Shown: piece after piece, positions 1 through 9,898 of the stretch | How positions within the stretch are numbered: the first letter of the stretch is position 1 | Layout of the letters: each line of letters begins with the position of its first letter | Assembly: GCF_000150275.1 (NCBI RefSeq) | Contig: NW_002060966.1 | Span: 462,561 to 498,649 of the forward strand | Source of the DNA: Trichoplax adhaerens | Taxonomy: Eukaryota > Animalia > Placozoa | Length of the DNA: 36,089 nt | Direction: 5' to 3' | Notes under the pieces: generated by a model | The model's database searches: none | Seen by the model: only the letters and a program-made list of their open reading frames with translations | What the model was told of the DNA's origin: nothing | Position numbers and translations under genes: made by a program

Positions 1-595
1 TTATACACGCTTGTAACGAGAAGCAAGCATTTCTCAATCATCAAGAATTTCTTGTATCCGTTAAATTGTCACCTGAATTATTCGCTCAAGGCAAAGTGGT
101 GGGTAAGTTCAACTTTATCAATCAGTTTGAAACGGAAGAGTTTCCTGCTTAAATTTTCTCTTATAAATAACACGAATCACCATATTAAGACTCAGCTAAT
201 CGAAGACAAATAAAGACAGTGCTGTGACAGCCATGATAAATTATCGTAGCAGTCATATTGCAGCGTAATAGTCCTGTACTTATTTAGCCTGTATAGTATT
301 TTATAGTACTTGTATATGCTATTAACAAAAATGCCTAGAAAAAGCTTGGCTATTGCATAATGAACTCTATCTTGATTTAGAAATAGCTATTCTCGAATTT
401 GTGATACAGTAGGGTATCCTGCTTACTTTATAAGAATAGAGAGAGAGACTATAGTGAGTCAAGAGTGATAACAAGTGATGATTTAACCGAATATAACTCT
501 GATTGCTTCATCATGCTTCTTTAACAAATTAGATTTGAAGGATAGGCAAAGCTTTTGGCTCTGACTTGTCCATATTTTATTTATGTAAACGTACA

Positions 596-693
596 ATGTC
601 TCTAATGATTGCAAAATTTATCTATATTGCAGTACCAAAAGTTTCCTTTCAAGAAAAATCTAAATATTCAGCTTTTGATTTAAACAAGATACC
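596..693 (+). CDS. PARP4: PARP4 exon 1 with ATG (MSLMIAKFIYIAVPKVSFQEKSKYSAFDLNKIP), donor GTAAGT at 694
   Basis: ATG at 596 and open frame up to a canonical GTAAGT donor. The peptide resembles the human PARP4 N-terminus (MVMGIFANCIFCLKVKYLPQQQKKKLQTDI). Exon ends in phase 2. Confidence 0.45.
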
Positions 694-1277
694 GTAAGTT
701 CCTATTACTATTTTCCTTTCTGTCTCTGCAAAGTTATTTGCTCATCAAAGCAAATAGTATTCATGAATGAAGTATTCAACTTCTTTTTATATTTGAGATC
801 TTACGTTTCCATTTATTTTTGTTATAAATCTCAAAGTTCTCTGCTCATTGAAGCTAAGCTAAAAGTAAACAAGCGTTAAAACGCAAATTATATCTAAATA
901 GTGAATGACTGATTTACAGTAGTTCTTAAATGTATTCAAGAGTCCAAATTTTCATCTTTTGTTTTATATTATTGACCTTCGAGCTGCATTTATTTGTTAT
1001 ATATCTCCAAAACTCATTTTATCATTTAAGCTAACCAATTACCTAGTAAACCAACCCACAAATAGATTTCATCTCCATAAAAAATGAATAATTAAATATA
1101 ACTCTTGAATGCACTCTAAGACTCCTATTTGGTCATGCAATGCTCAGCTCAGTAATGGACTAAAGTATGCTTCGTAAAATTGGGTTTTCAAATACCTAGT
1201 TCAAGATAAAAGCATCCAGTAAATATAGTAGATATGCTGTATAATTCTTCTCCATTGACTTGGAATGTGGCTATAAG

Positions 1278-1358
1278 CTAAACGTTCATAAAGCCGGTCA
1301 AGTTTTCCCTGATTTTGCCTATCTTGTCAAAGTAGTAAAAGACATGCATTGGAACTCT
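1278..1358 (+). CDS. PARP4: Candidate PARP4 BRCT-region exon (LNVHKAGQVFPDFAYLVKVVKDMHWNS)
   Basis: Open frame matching the human PARP4 BRCT segment KNHVHIANPDFIWKSIREKRLLDVKNY. Boundaries are uncertain (acceptor ataag|, donor |gtagag). Other BRCT exons between 700 and 1700 were not resolved. Confidence 0.3.
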
Positions 1359-1720
1359 GTAGAGCATTTTGAATTATAGAAATTATCACACAACCGTAAT
1401 CATAAGTCCGTAGTAAATTATTGTAACTCAATCCAAATAAATCAAGTATCCAATTTGCAGTTCCGTGCGTGTGCAACACCATTGGTAAATTAATCGAACA
1501 AACCTTTCGCAGCCATCCTTTAGGTTTCATATTTTATTATTAATCTTATAGAGTTTGGACTGACAATGATCGCCATAATGATACCTTTCAAAGCCGGTAT
1601 AAAGTTCTAAAACTAGTGCTATTAAAGGTAAGTTTAAGTGGAGTTACACTAGCCTTAACCTGTAAATTTACATTAATTTTGCATAATAATGGCCCTACTT
1701 TCAATGCTATTCAATTTTAG

Positions 1721-2023
1721 AATGATTCAGGCAGTAAGGAAAAGAAATTTGCTGGCATTGAATTGCAGCAAGGAGAAACTGAAAATTTATCCTTTCGTGT
1801 CTATGTGCATCGTAAGATTATTAAATACGAAAAGGAAGATGAAAACATCAATTTGAGAAATGCTCATTGTCAAGAAATCAAGGAATATCGATATTGTCCA
1901 AATCTTGATCAGGCAATTCAGTTATACTCCCATCTATATAATTTACACACCAAGTCACCGTATCATATGCAGAAATGCTGGACAAGACTTCCAATTTGTA
2001 TTGGTTCAGAAAGAGCAAATGAG
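1721..2023 (+). CDS. PARP4: PARP4 exon, linker between BRCT and regulatory domain (NDSGSKEKKFAGIELQQGETENLSFRVYVH..DQAIQLYSHLYNLHTKSPY..ERANE)
   Basis: Frame opens directly after acceptor tttag|. Position and partial similarity match the human PARP4 segment preceding the regulatory domain. The weak donor gag|gtttat at 2024 is phase-compatible with the next exon. The 5' boundary could instead be 1731. Confidence 0.5.
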
Positions 2024-2454
2024 GTTTATTAATTATTATATACTATGAGCTTTCAATAATTTCAATAGTCCACCCGAATAAAATGTTAATTTGTCAAGTC
2101 TTGATTAAATAGAAATTAAGTTAAACTTCAAAGCACTGCAACGATTACTTGCTAGGCATAAGAAATAAAACTATTTCCTACCCAAACTTATAGCGTAATA
2201 AAAGCCACTACGTCTAAGATAGCGAAAAAAATACAGATGTAACCTTAGATTATGACAGATTTCAATCTTAAAGCTAAAAAAATCACAGTATCTGATAGAG
2301 GATAGCTTAACAATAGGAAAGGATAATAAGAAAAATGAAGCTTTAAAATTGCAGATTCCTGCAAATCATCTAATTCTTTTTCGAACTAGATCATCGTTGC
2401 TGCTATTGTCGATGCATTGTTGATTTTACCTTTCATTTAATCTGATGCTACTAG

Positions 2455-2930
2455 GTTTTAAACTATTTCCAATCTGAAACCACAGACACCATAGTATCTG
2501 AAGATGTTGCTTCGTTAACGCAATGTTTATGGGCAGAAGCCGTAGGAGAATTAGATGAAATATTATCATCATCCGTGGAAGAGATTACGAACGAAAATAT
2601 TGCATCAGCGGAAGGGATTCTCCTCAAATTAAAGACCTGCCTATCCGAAAACCGCTATGATCAAATCAGCAACCTTAGTCAACAATTTTACTCCTTAATT
2701 CCACACAAAAATGATGATAGAACTATTGATTCATTCCGATTAATTAGTGATAAGCAAGATCTTTGTCAATTAATACGGGACATCATTAATGTTAGTGAAT
2801 TAACCGATTGGAAGATGGATAGTAGTATAAATGCCAAGTATAAAGCATTAAAGTGTGATATTCAAAATTTGGAAGAAAACAGCCATGAATTTAAATCCAT
2901 AAAGAATTATACTTTATCATCCTGGAAAGG
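2455..2930 (+). CDS. PARP4: PARP4 exon encoding the PARP regulatory (alpha-helical) domain
   Basis: VLNYFQSETTDTIVSEDVASLTQCLWAEAVGELDEILSS..ASAEGILLKLK..FYSLIPHK..DLCQLIRDIINVSE..AKYKALKCDIQNLEENSHEF aligns nearly motif-for-motif with human PARP4 (IWAEALGHLE..KAEGILLL..FYRLIPHK..DLCQLIRDMVNVCE..AKYRALRCKIEHVEQNTEEF). Acceptor tactag| at 2454, donor GTAAGT at 2931. Confidence 0.88.
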
Positions 2931-3047
2931 GTAAGTTAAAGTTATCTTACTTTACAGTAAATAATGTTCATTACTTATTTGCTAGAAACGGAAATTCCAA
3001 AACACTAAATACTGATTTAAAAAGTCTATAAACTTTTACGATCACAG

Positions 3048-3159
3048 CGAGCCTACAACAATAAAAATTAATAGAATATTTAGCTTAAGTCGGCAGAGCG
3101 AAGAGAGATTATTTACTCTTGACATTGGAAATAAAAAATTACTCTTTCACGCTAGCCAT
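3048..3159 (+). CDS. PARP4: PARP4 catalytic-domain exon (EPTTIKINRIFSLSRQSEERLFTLDIGNKKLLFHASH) containing the H-G-S position
   Basis: Phase-2 junction with the previous exon gives Gly. Aligns to human PVDVLQIFRVGRVNETTEFLSKLGNVRPLLHGS. Donor GTAAGT at 3160. The conserved NAD-site His-Gly-Ser motif reads His-Ala-Ser here. Confidence 0.75.
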
Positions 3160-3207
3160 GTAAGTCCAACTCTAATCTATTGCTAGTCAATGTTGAAACT
3201 GTTTTAG

Positions 3208-3253
3208 AAGATAGCGAAATTGACTTATTCTGGAATTCTATTCTATAATATAG
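3208..3253 (+). CDS. PARP4: PARP4 catalytic-domain exon (KIAKLTYSGILFYNI)
   Basis: Acceptor ttttag|. The phase-1 end completes Gly with the next exon, giving SGILFYNIGLLMPRIVV versus human VGILCRGLLLPKVV. Confidence 0.65.
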
Positions 3254-3447
3254 GTTGCTAACTTTGTTGGGATCCTTTCCAGGTGATCTTAATTTCAATA
3301 AACCTCATAAATTGTTTAAAATCGGTTGCTTAGCTAATTTCCAAGTCGAGTTAATACGAATAGTCAGGAATAGGCAACGATATGACCATTAGTGCTACAG
3401 GTGATGGAATTATGTTTTAATAATCTTTCAATTTATTTTTTGCAGAG

Positions 3448-3544
3448 GTTTATTAATGCCTAGAATTGTCGTTAGCAGTCATGGTGGTAAAAGGTCTGAT
3501 GTTGGTCATCTCGGCAGTGGAATTTATTTTGCTGATTCACTTAA
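3448..3544 (+). CDS. PARP4: PARP4 catalytic-domain exon (GLLMPRIVVSSHGGKRSDVGHLGSGIYFADSL)
   Basis: Matches human GLLLPKVVEDRGVQRTDVGNLGSGIYFSDSL. Contains the catalytic Tyr in the GIYFAD context. Donor aa|gtatgc, phase 2. Confidence 0.8.
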
Positions 3545-3927
3545 GTATGCAAGATTATTATTTTACGACCATAAGATATCCTCTAGTTCCTGTATTTAAT
3601 ACCCTTTAAGAAAATGGAAGTATAAACCCGTGATTTTATTGAATCACTAGCTCTTAACCATTTTCCAATAACAAAGTTTACTAGTGATCAGATTCGCTTT
3701 TTTTCCAATCAAATAGGAAAATTTCCGTTACAATTATAATGTAGGCTTATTATTTCTGATATTAAAGTAGGAAGCATTTGATACTCTCTGAATAGTGACT
3801 ATTGCAATTTTAATTACGATCTTCAACATTTTTATTTGATATTTATTGACAACTTAAATAGCAGTAAAATTAATACTATCAAGCAATGATTATTAACTAT
3901 TCGAATATCTATCTAAATTTGTTTTAG

Positions 3928-4012
3928 CACCAGCTTGCAGTTTACTGATGTTGGGAAAATGTCTGGAAATCGAATGATGATTATTAGTGAAGTTGCTTTA
4001 GGCAAGAGCAAG
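3928..4012 (+). CDS. PARP4: PARP4 catalytic-domain exon (NTSLQFTDVGKMSGNRMMIISEVALGKSK)
   Basis: Acceptor gttttag|, donor GTAAGT at 4013. Matches human STSIKYSHPGETDGTRLLLICDVALGKCMD. Confidence 0.8.
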
Positions 4013-4113
4013 GTAAGTTACGCTATGGGTATAGCAAAATGCTACGACTGTTAAATACTCTATATACAAGCAAGAAAAAATTAACTATTACTAATGTTTT
4101 CTAATTGTAATAG

Positions 4114-4233
4114 GAATATACTAATAAACAGACAGAATTAAAGTCTCCTCCACAAGGTTATGATAGCGTAATTGGAATTGCTGAAACTGAACAACAATCA
4201 TCCATGTATAAGGCAATACTAGCTATTTACGAA
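4114..4233 (+). CDS. PARP4: PARP4 catalytic-domain exon (EYTNKQTELKSPPQGYDSVIGIAETEQQSSMYKAILAIYE)
   Basis: Matches human FSLTEAPPGYDSVHGVSQTASV. The donor gaa|gtactt was chosen because it is phase-compatible. The alternative donor at|gtataag at 4206 is not. Confidence 0.65.
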
Positions 4234-4298
4234 GTACTTGGCGTTATAATCACCTTATCAATATCGAAATTTATTCGACTTATAACTTTTAATTGCAG

Positions 4299-4342
4299 AA
4301 TAACGAATATGCTATATTTGATGAAAAGCAACAAAAACTCAG
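4299..4342 (+). CDS. PARP4: PARP4 catalytic-domain exon (NNEYAIFDEKQQKL) with catalytic Glu
   Basis: Matches the PARP signature YNEYIVYD and human EDDEFVVYKTNQVK. Acceptor ttgcag|, donor ag|gtaatt. Confidence 0.7.
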
Positions 4343-4410
4343 GTAATTCTTTATGCGTATATCAATCTATGCTTTAAAGTAATATTAACTAGGTTAAAAT
4401 TTCTTTTCAG

Positions 4411-4529
4411 ATATTTAGTCGAATTCAACTTAGCTAGCGATCCGAAAACGACATCAACGTTAAAATTAAATTATCCGGAAACTTTGCAAGATCAGCCTGC
4501 GCCTTCGCATCTGTTTCTTGATAATTCAG
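4411..4529 (+). CDS. PARP4: PARP4 exon (RYLVEFNLASDPKTTSTLKLNYPETLQDQPAPSHLFLDNS)
   Basis: Completes the QQKLR codon in phase. YLVEFNL matches human YIIKFSM at the end of the catalytic domain. Donor cag|gtcaat. Confidence 0.7.
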
Positions 4530-4624
4530 GTCAATATTAATATTGTAGCAATATAGAGAATCGATTTCATAGCAGGATACAACTTATAAGTGTTCAATTC
4601 CTATATTCATACCGTCAACCTTAG

Positions 4625-4761
4625 CCGAAATTGATATAACCAAGCTACTAAATGGGACAGCCAAAAGAGTCAGTGAAGCTGGATTAAAGACTTCAAATGA
4701 TATTTCCATACCATTAACAGACGTTCATTTCAGAGCTAAATTATTGGATTTAGCCGCAGAG
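4625..4761 (+). CDS. PARP4: PARP4 exon (AEIDITKLLNGTAKRVSEAGLKTSNDISIPLTDVHFRAKLLDLAAE)
   Basis: Phase-matched acceptor ccttag|. Aligns with human KVEDYQLPDAKTSSSTKAGLQDASGNLVPLEDVHIKGRIIDTVAQ. Donor gag|gtagac. Confidence 0.7.
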
Positions 4762-5054
4762 GTAGACATAATTTACACTGTGAAAGGGTACTAAGAGTAT
4801 GAATTAGGATAGAGAGTATATATTTTAATGGCCTTTGTTATAATAAAATAGTTAATTTAGAATTCCCATTATAGTGTAAATTGCATATAACTTTATTAAG
4901 AGCTAAATTCGTTCTGAAGAGATCGAATTTAAACTGAGATATCGATGATGGCAATTGACTAACGATTATTTAGTGCCAATGCTGATATTCTAAATTTCAT
5001 TAAAAATTGATTTATTAGTGACCTTGACTAATTATTCTGCTAATTTATTTATAG

Positions 5055-5139
5055 GTGGTGGTATTACAATGCTATTTTAACAAATCATCACAACCAATTG
5101 AAGCAAAATATGTATTTCCTCTGGATGATAGAGCAGCAG
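5055..5139 (+). CDS. PARP4: PARP4 exon (VVVLQCYFNKSSQPIEAKYVFPLDDRAA)
   Basis: Matches human VIVFQTYTNKSHVPIEAKYIFPLDDKAA. Acceptor tttatag|, donor g|gtaatt. Confidence 0.82.
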
Positions 5140-5461
5140 GTAATTCATGAATATTAATTACGATAGTTTGTAATTTGAGGTTTATGGGTGATAGGTAAAG
5201 CTCACTTGCATGAGGTCTACCAGGCTATAATTACGGAGGAAAATGAAGCATTTCGCACAGCTAATATTAAACATAAACTGAGTGCTTAATTGTATTTTGC
5301 AATTAAAAGTATACAAATTTCTATTACTGTGCAGTTAGCTAAAGTATAATTGGCTAGTATGAGCAGTAATAAAGAAAAAAAATGATATCGAAGATTATTT
5401 TTTGATTGTTTGACGAGCTGAAATGCCCATATGTAGTACTAATTTTATTCCATCCCTACAG

Positions 5462-5595
5462 TATGTGGGTTTGAAGCCTTTATCAATAACAAACATATTA
5501 TTGGCCAAGTCAAAGAAAAAGAGAAAGCGCATAAAGAATATGAAGCTGCTGTAGCTAGAAAAGATGGAGCTTACCTAATGGACGAAGAATCACCA
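5462..5595 (+). CDS. PARP4: PARP4 exon (VCGFEAFINNKHIIGQVKEKEKAHKEYEAAVARKDGAYLMDEESP)
   Basis: Matches human VCGFEAFINGKHIVGEIKEKEEAQQEYLEAVTQGHGAYLMSQDAPD almost residue for residue. Acceptor ctacag|, donor cca|gtatga. Confidence 0.85.
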
Positions 5596-5826
5596 GTATG
5601 AACTTTCAAACACAACATAGCTACTATTTCATTAATGAAAATCATTTCAACTTTTTACGTATTTAATGAGAGCGGTTGCGGTAATTTCCTGTCTACAATA
5701 AGTTTATGTTAACATACGAGTATATAAGTTAATAACCACAGGCAATATTAGCCATCTTTTGAAATTCACTTCCTTTCAATGCATAGAAAGTTAAGCAGTA
5801 TTGCTTTATATTTACCATTTCTTTAG

Positions 5827-5991
5827 GATATTTTTACTGTCAGCGTTGGGAATTTACCTCCTAATTCTAAAGTATTAATCAAAATAACTTATGTCACCGA
5901 GTTGTCTATGGAAGGTGACTGTTTCGACTTTTTCCTGCCATCTAATCTGGCTCCGTGGAAAAAACAAGAAGCACTATCCAATGTAACCCAG
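5827..5991 (+). CDS. PARP4: PARP4 exon encoding the VIT domain core (DIFTVSVGNLPPNSKVLIKITYVTELSMEGDCFDFFLPSNLAPWKKQEALSNVTQ)
   Basis: Matches human VFTVSVGNLPPKAKVLIKITYITELSILGTVGVFFMPATVAPWQQDKALNENLQ. Acceptor ctttag|, donor cag|gtttgc. Confidence 0.88.
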
Positions 5992-6071
5992 GTTTGCGTA
6001 GAATTTTTACTTTCATCGCTAGACATATGGTTAATTAGTATCTAACTACTGAAATTTAAAATCTCATTTAG

Positions 6072-6112
6072 GATGCAGTGAGTACGGTCAAGATTAACGA
6101 AGTCAAATCAGT
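6072..6112 (+). CDS. PARP4: PARP4 VIT-region exon (DAVSTVKINEVKS, ends phase 2)
   Basis: Matches human DTVEKICIKEIGTKQS. Donor gt|GTAAGG, so that the next exon completes a Val codon. Confidence 0.6.
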
Positions 6113-6386
6113 GTAAGGCAAAAACTTTAAGAAATGATACTTTTATTATTGAGTAGAGTACATAGCAATAAATATAGTCGGATTATAAAGTTAAAATGCA
6201 ATAGTTATTTTACTAAATAATACCTTCTTGGACGGTGTACTGGTAATTTAAGCGCCAGCGAGATTTTAAAAGCCTGACAGTAATTTGCTAGCTATCGTTT
6301 ATAGAGAATAAGATCCCCTATCTTGCAATTATTTTACTGCACTCGAGGGTTTATGTGCTTGATTATTTCATCATTATTGATAATAG

Positions 6387-6468
6387 CAATGCAACGGTTC
6401 AGGTTCGAGTTGAAATGCCGTTCGAAATTAGATCGATTAGCTCGCCAACACATCAAATTAGACAAAAA
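6387..6468 (+). CDS. PARP4: PARP4 VIT-region exon (VNATVQVRVEMPFEIRSISSPTHQIRQK)
   Basis: Matches human FSLTMSIEMPYVIEFIFSDTHELKQK. Acceptor taatag|, donor aaa|gtaagc. Confidence 0.7.
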
Positions 6469-6535
6469 GTAAGCAATTCATTCTTTATCCAATAAAAATA
6501 AATAAAACGAGATAACGAAGCAATAATATTTACAG

Positions 6536-6670
6536 ACGACTGCTACTAAAGCTGTGGTGGAAACTGGACAAATGACAAAGTTCGATAATGGATTTCGATT
6601 ATTAATACGATTAGCGGAAATTCACGTACCAAGAATGTGGGTTGAAAAATATCCAGATACTGATAGCCAG
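6536..6670 (+). CDS. PARP4: PARP4 exon (TTATKAVVETGQMTKFDNGFRLLIRLAEIHVPRMWVEKYPDTDSQ)
   Basis: Matches human GFSLHIGLSAAYLPRMWVEKHPEKESE. Acceptor tttacag|, donor cag|gtcagt. Confidence 0.82.
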
Positions 6671-7069
6671 GTCAGTTGTTTCTATTCTATCTCGAAGTCA
6701 GTGCGAGAAAATAAGGATAGAAGTGCTTAAATAATTCATAGTCATTCTTAGTAATGGCCAATATTGATAGAGAAGATACCCAGTCAGGCTTTGCCGTTTA
6801 GTATAATTGTACGCGAGATATAATATCGAATAATTTAATATTAAATTCGATGGTCTTAAACTATCTTCAAATTCTGATTCAATGAGTATAGTAGAATCAA
6901 ATTAAACCGGTTTTGTTCAGTATAACCGCACATAAATGTCAAATAATTTAACTATATAATCTTGATAGTATTAAATGCTATTTAATAGTCTAATATTTAT
7001 TGAACCGTTATAATACAGATGCATCTTTATGTGTACCTCTAGGCATGCATGTTAACTTTCTATCCAGAG

Positions 7070-7135
7070 TTTGATGTAACAGAAAATCCTCGACCAGAAA
7101 TTATCATAGCTCTAGATATGTCAAATTCCATGAAG
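7070..7135 (+). CDS. PARP4: PARP4 vWA-domain exon with MIDAS-type motif (FDVTENPRPEIIIALDMSNSMK)
   Basis: The D-x-S-x-S metal-ion-dependent adhesion site motif starts the vWA domain. Matches human DVDLPDLASESEVIICLDCSSSME. Donor aag|gtgccg. Confidence 0.8.
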
Positions 7136-7628
7136 GTGCCGTTATTACATCTATGAATTAGTTATAAAGTTTGTTTGATTACCAACATTCTATTCTATGT
7201 TGATACGTCATAAAAAAGAAATTTCAATTAGGCAAGAGCCGTTATTGCCCGTAATCGTAGACAAGCAGTTGTAACCACGATCGTTCCTCTAGTCTAGAAA
7301 TGAAGTAATTAAAATATGAGTTAAAATGAGAAATATAAGATAATTAATAAACACTGTATAATGAATAGATCCAATAATATCTCCTAGTATATTCTTAACT
7401 AATATAGAATTGACATACATCACATTATCAACGCAGTATAATTAATATATGTAGATGCAAGATTACAGTAACGACATAAAAGAATATTTCTTTAAGATTC
7501 TTTTAGTCTACTTTAGTAGTAAAGAAATCGGAACAACGATATTTCCAAATGCCATCATCTATATTTCGAAAAGCTTTATTTATGTCTTATTTTACTACTA
7601 AGCCCAATAATTCTATCAATAACTGTAG

Positions 7629-7719
7629 CAATGCTTAATGGATACCCAGAAGATTGCAGCTTTAATCTTGACGAATCTTCCTCCAGAGTGTCGATTTAAT
7701 ATTGTTGTATTTGGTTCAG
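7629..7719 (+). CDS. PARP4: PARP4 vWA exon (QCLMDTQKIAALILTNLPPECRFNIVVFGS)
   Basis: Matches human LQAKQIALHALSLVGEKQKVNIIQFGTG. Acceptor ctgtag|, donor cag|gtaaat. Confidence 0.75.
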
Positions 7720-7802
7720 GTAAATGCAACCAAATTACTGTTGCACAAAGTAAATCTAAAAAAATTGACATAAGTTAAATCGTGTCTTGATTGTTTTCTT
7801 AG

Positions 7803-7876
7803 CACATAACGAGCTATTCCCGATGTACCAAGAAGTGAGTAAAGAATCGGTTAATATGGCAATAAAATTTATCGGA
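7803..7876 (+). CDS. PARP4: PARP4 vWA exon (AHNELFPMYQEVSKESVNMAIKFIG)
   Basis: Matches human GYKELFSYPKHITSNTMAAEFIMSA. Donor gga|GTAAGT. Confidence 0.75.
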
Positions 7877-8033
7877 GTAAGTAGATAATAAATCTGGAAA
7901 ATAAATATTCATAGTAGTGTTTAAAAAATTCATAGATAAAGGATTAGAGCTAATAGATTTACGATTCTAGTACATGACTATTGCCTTGAGAAGCTACAAT
8001 CATCAGTTAACATAATTATTTTATGATTTATAG

Positions 8034-8233
8034 TCCTTGTCGGCGTCTTGGGGAAATAGCAATTTTTACCACGTTATCGATAATTTTACGCATATCGTTA
8101 AAGAACTAAAAGCCAATTCCGTTTCTAACGTATTCTTAATTTCCGATGGACATTTTGGCGATGAAAATTCCATTACTGCCATTTTAAGGCGTGATAAAAT
8201 AGACAATTTGAGATTATTTACCTTTTCTACTGG
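8034..8233 (+). CDS. PARP4: PARP4 vWA exon (SLSASWGNSNFYHVIDNFTHIVKELKANSVSNVFLISDGHFGDENSITAILRRDKIDNLRLFTFSTG)
   Basis: Corresponds to ORF-track entry 8037-8288 (the exon begins at acceptor 8034, three nucleotides upstream of the ORF's first start codon). Matches human TPTMGNTDFWKTL..RNILLVSDGHLQDESLTLQLVKRSRPHTRLFACGIGST. Phase-2 donor gg|gtcagt joins the next exon. Confidence 0.85.
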
Positions 8234-8373
8234 GTCAGTAGTATTTTTAATATTTCTGATACTCGATTTTATGAACCAAGTCATTTAATATTAATGATAA
8301 TCCAATAAGATCTGATATAAAGAAGAATCCGCATAATCGGTTTGCTAATTTATCTTCTCTACGCATACAATAG

Positions 8374-8473
8374 AGATACGAGTAATCGTTATTTTATGCG
8401 TACTTTGGCGAAAATTGGAGCTGGCTATCATGAACACTTCGATACAAAATTTAGATCCAAATGGCAACAAAAG
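8374..8473 (+). CDS. PARP4: PARP4 vWA exon (DTSNRYFMRTLAKIGAGYHEHFDTKFRSKWQQK)
   Basis: Matches human STANRHVLRILSQCGAGVFEYFNAKSKHSWRKQ. Acceptor caatag|, donor aag|gttcaa. Confidence 0.8.
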
Positions 8474-8593
8474 GTTCAAAAATCGTCGTATAATGAGTGA
8501 TTGAAGGGATAAAATATATTCTGGCCTAATATATTTAAAATTTATCCTTTGTTTATACTATTTCACGTGTTATATCTAATCTAACCTAATTAG

Positions 8594-8689
8594 ATACAAA
8601 ATCAAATTTATAAAGCTTCTCAACCAACATTAACATCAGTAGCTGTCCACTGGCAGCAATTTGATGATAATCCTCAACAACTTATGCAG
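8594..8689 (+). CDS. PARP4: PARP4 exon (IQNQIYKASQPTLTSVAVHWQQFDDNPQQLMQ)
   Basis: Matches human IEDQMTRLCSPSCHSVSVKWQQLNPDVPEALQ. Donor cag|gtgatt. Confidence 0.8.
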
Positions 8690-8862
8690 GTGATTATAGT
8701 CAAATTCTGTATACATTCAGTGAATCTATCGGCTGCTAGAATTGAATAAATCTTCAAATTTAGCTCCTTGGGTATCGATATAAGAGAAGATTTAACACTA
8801 TTACTTCAATAAAATAAATTACCTTTGATTGCAGACAATATTTTAATTTTCTTTTACAATAG

Positions 8863-8937
8863 GCTCCCGCTGATATCGTTAGTTTGTTTAATGGATCAAG
8901 ACAAGTTATATATGGTTTTGTTTCCAATTGTACGCAG
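8863..8937 (+). CDS. PARP4: PARP4 exon (APADIVSLFNGSRQVIYGFVSNCTQ)
   Basis: Matches human APAQVPSLFLNDRLLVYGFIPHCTQ. Acceptor caatag|, donor cag|gttagg. Confidence 0.78.
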
Positions 8938-9029
8938 GTTAGGAAATAGAATCTTTATCTCACGAGCATTTGTAATTTTTGTAATGATCCTGTTAGTATT
9001 TTATGACATGAATTATGCCTGATTAATAG

Positions 9030-9110
9030 GCTACTTTGGAAGCCAGCATTGGTGAAATCCAAATTTCTACTGTCGTATCTACATCCGAATTGTGTATCAC
9101 AACAGGAAGG
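9030..9110 (+). CDS. PARP4: PARP4 exon (ATLEASIGEIQISTVVSTSELCITTGR)
   Basis: Matches human ATLCALIQEKEFRTMVSTTELQKTTG. Acceptor taatag|. The donor position is uncertain by one codon. Confidence 0.7.
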
Positions 9111-9440
9111 GTGGGTCTTAATAAAATTAAAACTTGGGTTTCACGCAATAGTTATCCTTAGGTTGAAATGGAGACTTTAGCTTAGTCGTTGTTCGATTTT
9201 CAGGCTTCTATTCATAATTACATTAGTAAATGTCATTTTACACATTAATTGATTGGTGCATTGACTGTAATAGAGCAAATAACGTTTAATCTAAGTATTG
9301 GTAATTGGTAAATGAGGAGATAGATTTGCAAATAATGTAGAAAATATTAAAAACATGATATTGGCACTTTAACTGTGTCATATTTAAATTCGATTTTTGA
9401 AATCTATTTTAAACCTTAAATTTACTATCAATATCACTAG

Positions 9441-9521
9441 ATTCTACATCAATTGACAGCGCGAGCTCTAATTCGTGATTACGACGACGGAGTCTATAAT
9501 ATAAAGCGCACCACCCATGAG
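9441..9521 (+). CDS. PARP4: PARP4 exon (ILHQLTARALIRDYDDGVYNIKRTTHE)
   Basis: Matches human MIHKLAARALIRDYEDGILHENETSHE. Donor gag|gtagct. Confidence 0.82.
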
Positions 9522-9611
9522 GTAGCTATCAAAAATATCAAAATGGGAACGCAGTGTAATCTATATTATAGATAATTAGATATTATGAATAACCGCTATG
9601 ACGATGTACAG

Positions 9612-9713
9612 GCTTTTAAAATAGATCGGAAAGAAGATATCATTAAAATAAGCCAACGCTATTCTATTGTCAGCCCATTTACGAGTTTCGTAGCCATTGA
9701 AGATCGTAGCCAG
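9612..9713 (+). CDS. PARP4: PARP4 exon (AFKIDRKEDIIKISQRYSIVSPFTSFVAIEDRSQ)
   Basis: Matches human LKSLIIKLSKENSLITQFTSFVAVEKRDE. Acceptor tgtacag|, donor cag|gtagca. Confidence 0.75.
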
Positions 9714-9802
9714 GTAGCATAAATGAGATATCTTGTCGCAGAGATTAAAATAAACAGCAGATTTATTTATTAAATGTAAATATAATTTACACTTTCGTAC
9801 AG

Positions 9803-9898
9803 GACCAAAGTGACCGAAGAGAATCCTTCGATTTAAGTAAATTAATAAGACTTGAAGACATCGATGATCTATCTTATGTGGGTTGGAGAGGAAAGACG
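9803..9898 (+). CDS. PARP4: PARP4 exon (DQSDRRESFDLSKLIRLEDIDDLSYVGWRGKT)
   Basis: Matches human SPFPDIPKVSELIAKEDVDFLPYMSWQGE. Acceptor cgtacag|, donor acg|gtaagg. Confidence 0.72.

Noticed and set aside
1327-1530. Minus-strand 67-aa ORF
   Set aside because: It lies within the vPARP intron/exon region on the opposite strand and has no recognisable motif. In AT-rich sequence, ORFs of this length arise by chance.
1860-2048. + strand 62-aa ORF overlapping the 1721-2023 exon in another frame
   Set aside because: It is an alternative frame of a region whose other frame carries PARP4-like sequence and splice-phase continuity.
2986-3025. Short frame encoding NGNSKTLNTDLKS that superficially matches human PARP4 HSKSPVDVLQ
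   Set aside because: It has no usable GT donor in the right phase. The 3048-3159 exon in another frame gives a much longer alignment (EPTTIKINRIFSLSRQSEERLF..LLFHAS) and splices in phase.
6396-6412. tRNA T-loop-like string ggttcaggttcgagttgaa
   Set aside because: It lies inside a vPARP VIT exon. No acceptor stem or anticodon-arm structure could be built around it.
7232-7270. Possible extra vWA exon ARAVIARNRRQAV
   Set aside because: The human-protein alignment is continuous without it. The 7135 to 7629 splice is already phase 0 to phase 0.
8066-8284. Minus-strand 72-aa ORF
   Set aside because: It is antisense to a well-supported vPARP vWA exon.
8825-9022. + strand 65-aa hydrophobic ORF
   Set aside because: It spans an intron and the 8863-8937 exon in the wrong frame. 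Its poly-Ile/Leu/Phe composition reflects T-rich intron sequence.
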